This document shows positions 26,060-35,800 of a stretch of 37,646 bases of DNA, in pieces (the first letter of the stretch is position 1; each line of letters starts with the position of its first letter). Position numbers and translations under genes: made by a program. Below the pieces are notes generated by a model. That model saw only the letters and a list, made by a program, of their open reading frames with translations, was not told where the DNA came from and ran no database searches. Origin of the DNA: a virus (taxonomy: Duplodnaviria > Caudoviricetes); IMG/VR virus record IMGVR_UViG_3300013004_000008, positions 1 through 37,646 of that record; one strand, given 5' to 3'.

Positions 26060-26493
26060 TCGCGACAATCCACGACATCCTTTCGATTGCGTGGCCTGAC
26101 CGTGGGGGTTGGCGCGTCTACGGCGAAGAGATCACCGCAGGAGACGGTGGACCCGTCCCAACGATGGAGGAGATCGAAGCGGCACGACCTGCTGCTGAGA
26201 TCCTCCATGCCGCGCACCTGGCAGCAGCTACCCTTGCAAATACACGGGCGAACTTGATCCTGACCCGCGCGCAATTTGGTGAGATGCTGATCCGCCGTGG
26301 GATCAAAGCCACCGTCCTTGCCGCCATTGCCGCGATCCCAGATCAGACCACTCGCGACATTATGACCGAATGGTTTGAGTATGCCCCCACCGTTCGCAGG
26401 ACTTCTCCAAAAGTCGAGGCGATCCGCCAGCAGTTGATGATCGATGCGGATGACGTTGACCTTTGGTTTACGGAAGCAATGTCCTACGAGTAA
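26056..26493 (+). CDS. Tail fibre assembly chaperone-like protein
   Basis: Directly after the fibre; LTRAQF...WFEYAPTVRRTSP.V...DVDLWF.EA pattern of post-fibre proteins. Confidence 0.65.
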   Translation: MIATIHDILSIAWPDRGGWRVYGEEITAGDGGPVPTMEEIEAARPAAEILHAAHLAAATLANTRANLILTRAQFGEMLIRRGIKATVLAAIAAIPDQTTRDIMTEWFEYAPTVRRTSPKVEAIRQQLMIDADDVDLWFTEAMSYE

Positions 26494-26499
26494 TTACAA

Positions 26500-29400
26500 A
26501 TGAGCCTACACGTTCACCGCAACAGCTTCAACGCAGGCGAGCTATCTCCGCTCATGGATGCTCGCGTGGACGATGCGAAGCATCCGTTCTCCTGCCGGAT
26601 CATGGAGAACTTCCTACCGAAGATTTACGGAGGAGCGTTTCGTAGGCCGGGAACTATGTATCTGGGGACGTTGCCAACGGTTGAGAATTGGAGTCAAACC
26701 ATTGCGCCAAACAACTTAGACGGCACAAACACTGTGCCAAGCGCAACTGACGACACTCCTACTTACCAGATTGGCAGCCTGTGGTTGCGAAATGTCCAGA
26801 TTCCCTACCGTTGCTCAAACGCAACTGCCGCAAGCGCAGTTTGGGGACAACTAGGAGTGAGGCATGATCTTGTCCAAGTAGGAACTCCAGGGAACGACCA
26901 AAACTCAAGCGTTGGATACGGAGTCCACTCACTTTGGGTAGCTGGCGGAACAATTTACAAATGCACCGCAGTAACTGCTAATAGTGCAACTTGGTCACAA
27001 GTAACCGTATTCTGCAACCTTACTGCAACGCTTGCTCCAACGACTAGCAACTACGTCAGCATCGTTGTCGGGTCTTTGTGGCTCATCCCAGATACTGGAG
27101 CCTTGTGGGAATGCACTGCTCGACCGACAGGGACTACTGCGACTTGGGTAAGGCGCACCGCCCCGGTTCTTAAAGAGATCCCACAAAGCACTGTTCATGT
27201 TGCCACAAAAGGTTTCGACGTGGGAGACTTTGCGATATACAAAGGATTTGCTTGGAAGTTGACGAGTTTAGGCCCAGGGAGCGCAACGTGGACACAGCAA
27301 TTGGTGAAGCATTCGACCGAAGAAGAACGTAACCCAATTTCCACCGACGACACATTGGACGGATTTTCGGTTGAATCAATTTGGGTGCAAAACATTCGGA
27401 CTTTGTATGTTTGCAATAGCGCAACGGCAAACTCTGCGGTGTGGGTAATTGATACGGATGCAAATGAACTCAACGCCACAAGAGATCCCATTGGATCTGA
27501 CGTTGAAAACTATTGGATAAATGCAAGCACCAAAACAGGTTGGGTTCGCGGCGCGGCATCGACTACCCCCGGCAGGCTTATCGACTTTAATTTCAGCGCA
27601 ACAGAAAGACGAGTTGTTGAACTTCGCGAAGGGTCTGTCCGGTTTTGGAAAGATGGAGGAACACTTGTTCCAAGGCTTAGCGATAGCGAACCGTTGGAAC
27701 TTACCACCCCATATCTTGAGACGGACTTGTTTGAGGTGCAAATCGCGCAGTTGGGCAACATAGCTTACCTTTGCCATCCAAATCATCCACCACAAAAACT
27801 TGAGCGTTTATTCGATGCCACCATCCAAAAAGAAACTTTTACTTGGTCTGAGGTGGAATGGTCATTCCCGGCATTTCGCGACTTAAATATCAGCAACGTA
27901 ACGGCAAGGCTATTGAATTCTTCTTCTGGATTTACGCAAATTGCCTTCACGGGAAATCCATTTACTGAATCTTTAAGCCCCACCGACTACAAAGACGCGA
28001 GGATTATGCTTCGCCATAAGCGAACTGAGAGTCACGTTTCATTGGCCTTGAACTCAACAGGTAACCTCTCTTCAGAAATCAAAATTCTTGGAGATTACCA
28101 AGTATATACCTACGGAACATTTGTAGGAACCTTATACGTTGAGCAAAAATCCTTGTCTGGAGATTGGCTTCCAATTAAAACGTTTCAGTTTGCCAATGAA
28201 ACAAACGGGCGTCAGATCGTGTATTCGTCCTCAACTAAGGAACCTTTAGTGCTTCGGTTGCGCGTTGTAACATCAACAGTTGCTTCAACCCCAGCGCAAA
28301 TCGCATACCTAGAAGCAGGAGACGCAAACGTAATAGGATACGCCAGAATTATTGACGGCATCAACCAGGTTGGTGAATCCCCGGTCGTTGATTGTGCAGT
28401 TGAGCTTGCGTTTAACTCTACAAGCCCTACAACCGAATGGGCGATTTCCTCATGGGCAGAATACGCAGGATATCCGCGATCTGTATGTTTCCATGAGCAA
28501 CGCCTGTGGTTTGGAGGAACAAAGCTACAACCGAACACAATCTGGGCAAGCGCAGTAGGCGACTACGAAAATTTCCGGCTAGGCGCATTCGATTCCGATT
28601 CTCTTGCGTTCACGCTCGCGGCACAAGAGGGGAGCGCGATCCAGAGCATGGTTTCGCATGAGTCGCTTGTAATCTTTACGCAGTCCGAAGAGTGGACGGC
28701 AGCAACGTCGCAACAGACGATCATTACGCCTTCCAACATCTTCGTTCGCCGACAATCCCGATTCGGATCTGCCCACAAGCAAGCGTTCATCGCCGCAAAC
28801 AACCTGCTATTCCTGCAACGCGGAAACCGAAAGCTTCGGCAGTTCACGCATGGAGCAGCAGGAGGGGAAGAGCAAGCGTCCGATCTTTCTGTCTTGGCGG
28901 AACACATTACAATCGGAGGGATCAAGCAACTCGCGTTCCAACAGCAACCGGACCCTATTGTTTGGATGATCCGCAACGATGGGGTTCTGATTTCGATGAC
29001 CTACGAGCCGGACCAAAGCGTCATCGCATGGGCACGGCATACGTCAGGGAGTGGACTGTTTGAATCGGTCGCAGTCATCTATGGTGCGGACGGTGATGCG
29101 GATCAGGTCTGGTTCGTTGTCAATCGCGGCGGCACTCGCAGCATTGAGAGATTCGATCCATCCCATTTTTCCAAGCTAGAGCAAGGGACGTTCGACAAAC
29201 TCGTCTACGTTGATTGCGCCAAAATGGCAGAAGGGACGAACCTGACCTCACTCACCGGACTAAACCATCTCAACGGGCAATCAGTCGCGATCCTCGCAGG
29301 AGGAGGAGTCGAGCCTTTGCAGACCGTTACGTCCAACCAAGTGACCGGAATCCCTGCGGCAAGCGTCATTATCGCAGGATTGCCATTCACCTCCCGACTG

Positions 29401-29727
29401 CAACCGTCGAAGATCGAGGTGGGCATGGCGGATGGCACTTCGCAAGGCCGGAAGCATACGTCCAAACGGGCAACGGTTAATCTGTGGAAAACCTATGGGG
29501 CGCAATATGCCGACAGTCCTACCGCAGATGAGAACAACTGGTTTGAGATTCTCAACCGCTCTACTGAAACCAACTCCGGTTCACCAGAGCAATTGTTCAC
29601 CGGACTTGTTGACATTAACAACCTTGACGCACATAGAACAAGTGTCGATTTGACGATTCGGCAGACCTTGCCTTTGCCGTGCAATGTGCTGGCTATCATC
29701 CCGAAAATTGAGGTTCTTGGAAAATGA
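26500..29727 (+). CDS. Tail tubular protein B / nozzle (T7 gp12-like) with a ~300 aa repeat insertion
   Basis: NSFNAGELSP, GGAFRRPGT, YP.SV.FHEQRLWFGG, IWAS..GDYENF, LFLQRG, DLS.LAEH, AWARH, YVDC, AGLPF. Confidence 0.93.
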   Translation: MSLHVHRNSFNAGELSPLMDARVDDAKHPFSCRIMENFLPKIYGGAFRRPGTMYLGTLPTVENWSQTIAPNNLDGTNTVPSATDDTPTYQIGSLWLRNVQIPYRCSNATAASAVWGQLGVRHDLVQVGTPGNDQNSSVGYGVHSLWVAGGTIYKCTAVTANSATWSQVTVFCNLTATLAPTTSNYVSIVVGSLWLIPDTGALWECTARPTGTTATWVRRTAPVLKEIPQSTVHVATKGFDVGDFAIYKGFAWKLTSLGPGSATWTQQLVKHSTEEERNPISTDDTLDGFSVESIWVQNIRTLYVCNSATANSAVWVIDTDANELNATRDPIGSDVENYWINASTKTGWVRGAASTTPGRLIDFNFSATERRVVELREGSVRFWKDGGTLVPRLSDSEPLELTTPYLETDLFEVQIAQLGNIAYLCHPNHPPQKLERLFDATIQKETFTWSEVEWSFPAFRDLNISNVTARLLNSSSGFTQIAFTGNPFTESLSPTDYKDARIMLRHKRTESHVSLALNSTGNLSSEIKILGDYQVYTYGTFVGTLYVEQKSLSGDWLPIKTFQFANETNGRQIVYSSSTKEPLVLRLRVVTSTVASTPAQIAYLEAGDANVIGYARIIDGINQVGESPVVDCAVELAFNSTSPTTEWAISSWAEYAGYPRSVCFHEQRLWFGGTKLQPNTIWASAVGDYENFRLGAFDSDSLAFTLAAQEGSAIQSMVSHESLVIFTQSEEWTAATSQQTIITPSNIFVRRQSRFGSAHKQAFIAANNLLFLQRGNRKLRQFTHGAAGGEEQASDLSVLAEHITIGGIKQLAFQQQPDPIVWMIRNDGVLISMTYEPDQSVIAWARHTSGSGLFESVAVIYGADGDADQVWFVVNRGGTRSIERFDPSHFSKLEQGTFDKLVYVDCAKMAEGTNLTSLTGLNHLNGQSVAILAGGGVEPLQTVTSNQVTGIPAASVIIAGLPFTSRLQPSKIEVGMADGTSQGRKHTSKRATVNLWKTYGAQYADSPTADENNWFEILNRSTETNSGSPEQLFTGLVDINNLDAHRTSVDLTIRQTLPLPCNVLAIIPKIEVLGK

Positions 29728-30542
29728 TGATCTTACCGACATTGATTTCCGCCATTGGGAGCGGATTGGGCGCACTGGGACTGTTCGGTAGCGCAGGTAG
29801 CTACGCCAAAATGGCGGAGATCAACTACGGAATCGACAGGTCCAACGCTACCTTGGCGAGATCCTCCTCGATGGACCAGTTGCGCCTGGGGCGGATCGGG
29901 ATCGGCATGGAGCGAGGAGCGAGCAGGACGAACCTCACGCTTGCCCTTGCGGATGCGGATGCGTCTGCTCGCAATGCGGAACGGATGCGGCAGTTCGCCG
30001 AAACCAAATCGGCGGCAGGCCGGAAAGCGATTCAGCGGAACCTCACGATCTTCGACGAGTTCCGCAGCAAACAAATCTCCGCTACCGCAGCAAGTGGCGT
30101 CGAGATGTCAGGAAGTCCCCTAGCAGTCATGGCAGAGTCCGCATCGCAGTTTGCGCTACAGCTACAGGACCAGCAGGACGAGGCTAACTACGAGCGTCAG
30201 GACATCCTCGCACGGGCAGGCATGGCGGAATCCGCCAGCATCCTCGGGGCAGCAAAGGCTCGCGCAGACTACGGAATGTCCCAACGCGGGGCGGCACTGT
30301 CGATGGCAGCAAACAAGCTTGGTCGAATCGGGGCGCAGACGGCATATCAATCCGCGATCCAGCAGGCAGAGATGCGCAGGCTCTCGGGAATGGATGCTGC
30401 GCAGGGAGCCTCGATGTCGGCGTTGGGATCTGTTATGACCGGGATCGGTGGCGCAATCCAACAGACATCCGTTTCCAACCACCTCGGCATGAACATTCCG
30501 CAGTCCTACGCGAAACCAGCGGGAGCTGGAATCTTCAGATGA
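29724..30542 (+). CDS. Internal virion / ejection protein (gp14 position)
   Basis: Ala/Gly/Ser-rich, hydrophobic N-terminus, AASGV.MSGSPL.V motif; follows the nozzle gene. Confidence 0.8.
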   Translation: MMILPTLISAIGSGLGALGLFGSAGSYAKMAEINYGIDRSNATLARSSSMDQLRLGRIGIGMERGASRTNLTLALADADASARNAERMRQFAETKSAAGRKAIQRNLTIFDEFRSKQISATAASGVEMSGSPLAVMAESASQFALQLQDQQDEANYERQDILARAGMAESASILGAAKARADYGMSQRGAALSMAANKLGRIGAQTAYQSAIQQAEMRRLSGMDAAQGASMSALGSVMTGIGGAIQQTSVSNHLGMNIPQSYAKPAGAGIFR

Positions 30543-30925
30543 GCATTCACATTGAGGCGATGAGCGAGCAGGAGAACACTGAATTTTTCGAGGCACTGGA
30601 GCGGATCAATCACGCAGGCAATGCGGTGAAGGTGATCGCATGGGCGATGACAGGGATGGCAGTTGCCGGGATCTCAGTTGCCGGATGGGTTTTTACCGTG
30701 AACCAGGTTCAGACTGAGCATGGCGAGGAGATCCGCGAACTCAAGCCGAAGGTAGTCCAACTTGAAACGCGAGCAGTCCGATTCGATGCCGCACCTCCTC
30801 CATCGCAGGCACAATTTCACGATATCGACAAACGGCTCGACCGCACTGAGGTCCAGTTGCTCGACATCCGCGAGCAGACTGAAATGATCCTTGAGTCAGT
30901 CAAGAAACTTGAAGCGAGACCGTAA
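30539..30925 (+). CDS. Membrane protein with C-terminal coiled coil
   Basis: TM-like VIAWAMTGMAVAGISVAGWVFTV followed by heptad-like helices; overlaps both neighbours. Confidence 0.7.
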   Translation: MSIHIEAMSEQENTEFFEALERINHAGNAVKVIAWAMTGMAVAGISVAGWVFTVNQVQTEHGEEIRELKPKVVQLETRAVRFDAAPPPSQAQFHDIDKRLDRTEVQLLDIREQTEMILESVKKLEARP

Positions 30926-32859
30926 TGCCAATCATCCCACAATTTAGAGCAGAGGGACCAGCACAACCTGTGGCTCCCGGCATGGAGTCGCCAGCAGGAC
31001 TCCGCGTAAACGCTACAACCGCACTTCGCGGGATCGCAACGCTCGCGGATTCGCTGGGCAACGTCACGCAGGACATGCCGAACGCTCCTGCCGATCTCGG
31101 GCAAGGAGTCGCTCGCGGGATGCAGGCAATCGGTGAAGGGATCGGCAATGTAGGCGAGGTGATGTTCGACATCCGCAAGCGTCTGGCGGATGCTTGGAAC
31201 TACCGCAAGGTATCGGAGGCACAGGATGCCATGTATGGCGAGGTGGCGAATTTCGAGAAGTGGAAGCTATCTGAGCCAAACCCAACCAAGTGGGAAGCCG
31301 AATGGAACGGTCGCATGGAGCGGATGAAGAACGATCTGATCTCCGGTGAGGATCTTTCCCCTGCCGCAAAGGAGCAGATCGGGACACGGGTAATGAGTTT
31401 CGGAACGCGGCATGGTTTCCAAGTCGGAGTCGAAGCGGCGAAGAAGGTTGTCGATCTCGCCAACGAATCGAACTCCGCAGAGATCATGCGAGCGATGCAG
31501 GCAGGGGACATGCCTTTGGTCAAAGAGTTGACGCAACTCGCAGTGAATGAAGGATGGCAGGGCGCGGATTGGGCGGAGCAGACCAACTGGCGAGCGTCTG
31601 AGTCGATTCGCAAGGACGCAATCGACAGTGCCAGAATGCAAAGCGATACCTACGCAATTCGCGGCATGTTCTCGGAAGGCAGACAATTGATCGCAGACGC
31701 TCCTTGGGAAACGGAGGAGCAGAAGCAGTATGAACTCGCTCGCTACGACAAGGATGTCACCTCGCGAGGAATCCAGTTTGAGATTTTAAAACGCGCACAG
31801 AATGGCGAAGACGTTGACGTTCTCATGGAGGAACTCACCGCAACAAACGAGGACGGCACGTTTAAAAACCATGACGGCATTCTTTCTCCCATGATGCGCG
31901 AGGAAGCATTGATACCTTTGCGTCAATTCCAGAACGAACAATACAAAACTCAGGTTGAGCTAGCGGAGCAATACGTTGCAGCGGGGAGAATCAACTCCGA
32001 AGAGGAACTAAACGATTTTTTCCAAGGCAAGCCGATTGATGCAGTGAACCGCAACATCCTTGTGTCAAAGATCGACAAGACGTTCAAGGAGACGCAAGCA
32101 TCCCAAATGGATCTGATGTCGAAAATTGTTACCTACGATGTTAGCAAGGATATTGGCGGGGCGCAGGCAAAGGCTTACGAGGCAGCAATTGTTCAAACCT
32201 TCCCGTCGCATTTCGCAAAACCTCCATTTAAAAACGAATACAATCCAATGGCAGTGAAGGCAGTGGAGGTGCTTGAAAAACTCAAGCGTGGGGAATCGTT
32301 GACGTTATCAGAGGAGCAAGCCGCGACCGCAAAAAAAACATTGGACCAAACCTACCGTGCAGCGGAAACCCTAAGCGTTAGGGCGAAGGACTTAGACAAG
32401 CGCGAAGTGAATGGCAGGGTTGTGTTTGTGGATTTTACGCAAAAGCCAGAGCTTGGTGATCCGCTAAGGTTTGAAGAAGAGCGAGCGCATTGGTTTAAAA
32501 ACCCCACGCAAAATGTTGGTCGAGTCATTCAACTGAATCAACAAGATTACGAAGCGGCACTTGCTGGAAAGGATGTTTATGTCACCGACATGACCAAGGA
32601 ACAGGACGTTGCTGCCAAGGTTGCAAAAGATACGGCCGAACTGCAACGTCGCATTGACGTTGGGGAGGTAACGCCAGACAACATTCAGACAACCATCCAA
32701 GGACTTCAATTACCCTACCAAGAAGCAGCATCCGACAAAATGCTGGAAAGCTCTCTTTTTCCAGAAACCGCTTTTCCCAACGCGCAGTCTGAAACTGACG
32801 ACAAGATTCAAGCAATTAAAGAACGCGCAAAGCAATTGAAAGCATCCGCCACTTTTTGA
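30925..32859 (+). CDS. Internal virion / ejection protein (gp15 position)
   Basis: MP.IP start, helical 644 aa, between the gp14-like gene and the giant protein. Confidence 0.75.
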   Translation: MPIIPQFRAEGPAQPVAPGMESPAGLRVNATTALRGIATLADSLGNVTQDMPNAPADLGQGVARGMQAIGEGIGNVGEVMFDIRKRLADAWNYRKVSEAQDAMYGEVANFEKWKLSEPNPTKWEAEWNGRMERMKNDLISGEDLSPAAKEQIGTRVMSFGTRHGFQVGVEAAKKVVDLANESNSAEIMRAMQAGDMPLVKELTQLAVNEGWQGADWAEQTNWRASESIRKDAIDSARMQSDTYAIRGMFSEGRQLIADAPWETEEQKQYELARYDKDVTSRGIQFEILKRAQNGEDVDVLMEELTATNEDGTFKNHDGILSPMMREEALIPLRQFQNEQYKTQVELAEQYVAAGRINSEEELNDFFQGKPIDAVNRNILVSKIDKTFKETQASQMDLMSKIVTYDVSKDIGGAQAKAYEAAIVQTFPSHFAKPPFKNEYNPMAVKAVEVLEKLKRGESLTLSEEQAATAKKTLDQTYRAAETLSVRAKDLDKREVNGRVVFVDFTQKPELGDPLRFEEERAHWFKNPTQNVGRVIQLNQQDYEAALAGKDVYVTDMTKEQDVAAKVAKDTAELQRRIDVGEVTPDNIQTTIQGLQLPYQEAASDKMLESSLFPETAFPNAQSETDDKIQAIKERAKQLKASATF

Positions 32860-32860
32860 C

Positions 32861-35800
32861 ATGCCCATTTCTCAACTAGAACTAGACGAAGCGATTGCGT
32901 TGTCCGAACAAAATCCCAACGACCTTGAGCTTGCTGAAGCGGCGATCACTATTTCAGACGCTTTTAAATTTGAAAAGCAACAACGGCAGGATGTAACGCG
33001 AACTCTATTCACTGATCCGAATCATGGCTTGTCTAGCGACCAGCTTTCGGATCTGACAAACATGGTCAACGGTGACGAAGAGAGGAAATACAAACTCTTT
33101 AACAAGCGTTACTTTGAAGAATTTGGAGGACTTCCAAAAGATCAAGTCGATCTCAACATCGACCAACTGATCAACGCTTACGGCGTGCAAGAATTTAAAA
33201 AGCCGATCTCTACGCACAAGGAGTTCCACGATGCCATCAAAGGAGACTTTCTTGCAGAAGATCAAGTTGCCGCAATGGCGCGGGAATTTACCCTAGCCAA
33301 GATGGGTCCGCTCGATTCGGAAGCGCAGTTCCGCGAACGGATGGAAAGCGTTCCAGGCTATGCTGGGCGCGAGGCGAAGTGGGGGCATGAGTTCTTCAGA
33401 ATCAAGGATTCCTTTGAGTCACGCCTTGATCCGCATCGCACAACCGTCAAGCTACTGTCCGCTTCCCTCAAGCAACGCGAGGGCGTAGGAGCAGACAGAT
33501 CGACGCTTGAGGCGGCAACAACGGCACGGGAGGAAATGCTCGCCGCTCCAAGCTTTGAGGAAATGACTCAGCTAGTCATGGGAGTTCCCGCCGAAGACCG
33601 GAAGCTGGTCATCGCGGCAGCAATCGCTGAGAGCGCAAACGATGAAGCAGGCAGGAAGTCTGTTCTACAGGGTCTCCTAGAAAGCTTTGATCGCGGCGTC
33701 GAGGGCGGCGTTGCGAACATCAAGGGGACGGCAAGCCGCAGTGTCTCAATCGCGATTCAGCGGGACATCGAGAACGGAGTCGAGGTTCCGGTTGGCAAGG
33801 AAGCATCCCCAGAGGAATACTTGGAGGCAGTTCGCCTGCGAGTCCTTGGGGGAGAGGCTTACGAACTGCAAGCAGGAGTAATGGGTGCGGTTGCCGGTAA
33901 GCAGTTCGCAACGCCATCCGAAGAGGTCAAGCAACAGGCTTTGAAGTTCGCAAAGGACGAGTTTGAAGTGGGGGAGCTTGCGGACGAACTGCGATCTGCC
34001 GCACAAAACCAGATCGATCCGATCACTTCCGATTTCATTGCTGTTCGCGGATTGTATTCCGCCGCGCAATCGCTCCCATATCTTGCAACCTCCCTAGCAA
34101 GAGGAGGCTTTGCGCTCAACTCGATGGCACTGGCAGGGGACTCCTATCGCTCCCTGCGCGAACGGAATCCCACGATGACCGCAGAGCAGGCGCAGACGAT
34201 CTCAATGATTGCTGGGCCTGCGCAAGCCTACGTCGAGCAAATCAGTGGGAAGCTACTCACGTCAAGGCTCCCTGCCTTCAACCGTTACTTCAACCAAATC
34301 ATTGGGACCACGGGATCTATTCCCGCTCGTTTTCTCGCGAGAACTCCTGCGATCTTGGGCGCGGAGATGGTGCAGGAGAACGTGCAGGATATTACTCCGT
34401 TTGTGGTTCAAGGCGCACTTTCCGCGCTCAGCGAGGACATGCCGAACGTCCCGGTCGAACTGCTCTACAAGGAGATGCTTGCCCAACAACCGGAACTGTT
34501 CTTCGCAGTTCTGCCGCTCGCGATCATGGGAGGTGGCGCGGGAGCGTATTCGGATTTCCGCAACGGTCGAGAGTTGCTCTCTTCCTACGACGAACTTCGG
34601 GCGCAAGGCGTCTCTGAAGCAAGGGCGGCAGAGATTCGTTCGCTCGCAGTGCGTGGCGATCTGGACGGTGCGCAATCGCTCCTGCGCGAGGAGTTCAAGA
34701 CTTTGGGGCAGGACCAAAAGTCCGTTCAAGAGGCGCGAGCAGAGGCGATTCCGAAACTGGTCGCAGAGCAGAAGGCGGCACTCAAGGCAATGCAGGACGG
34801 CATTGACATAGACATCCTGCCAGCAATTCTGAATGAGCGCGGCAAGTGGACCCTGCGATACAAGAACGGAGAGACAACTCAATACGAAACGCACAAGGAA
34901 GCGATGGAACGGTTTGATGCGATTGCGTCTTCTGCGCTTGTCTCGATGCACATCGACCAGGTTGCTGCCGCTCGGTTGACGACTTCGCAGATTGAGGAAG
35001 GGCGCGAGATTAAATTCATCCTTTCGCCACTTCGACCAACGACTGAGGAAATACAGGCGCAGGGCGTTGCAACTGAGGAGCAGTTGGCGAAGCGGAAAGA
35101 GATCGAGGAGTTGGACAAGGGTATCACGCCAAAGGACGAAGAGCGAAGGGCGCAGGTGCTTGCGGGAATGGCAGCAAATTCCTCTGAGGCGCGAGTCGCT
35201 TCATCCTACGTTCTTGGAAGCTCCCAAAATACTGAGGCGGCGCCGGATTCCTTTGGGGATCGCGTCATCAGAACCACCGCTCGGCTTTACGCTGGGGCGA
35301 CTGCGTTTACGGTCATCGAGGAAACCGCAGAAGGAGATGTAAAGTTCATGCTTCAAGAAGGAGGAATTCCGCGAAAGTGGCTGATTAGCGCACTGCGACA
35401 ATGGGAATCCACCACTGGCGATGCGCTTTTCCGCAAAAGCATTACTGACGACACGCAGGTCGAGAACCAGGATATCGTTGAGGCTTACTCGAAAATGGTG
35501 GTCAGTTATTTTGCGGGACGGGCAAAGGCCGGGGATCAGGGCCGGATCTTCTCCAAAGAATTCCGCAAGGAAATCGCTGATGCTTTGCGTGGCGACATGG
35601 GTGCGGTCATGTCTGGATACGGTAGTTTCTATGAAGCGGTCTACCGTCGAGCCGCGATGATCGAGAAGGCGCGAAAAGAAGGAACGCTTCCCGCCGATCT
35701 CGAAAGCTTCCTCGCGAAGTCCGCAGGGATGAGTCCACAGAAAGTCTTTGAGCGCGAGGTGGTCAAGGAGGGCGAAGGTATCGCCGAGGACATGGGTGTT

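Noticed and set aside
23027-29727. Diversity-generating retroelement acting on the fibre or the Mtd-like repeats
   Set aside because: No reverse transcriptase motif and no template/variable repeat pair with adenine-specific mismatches was seen.
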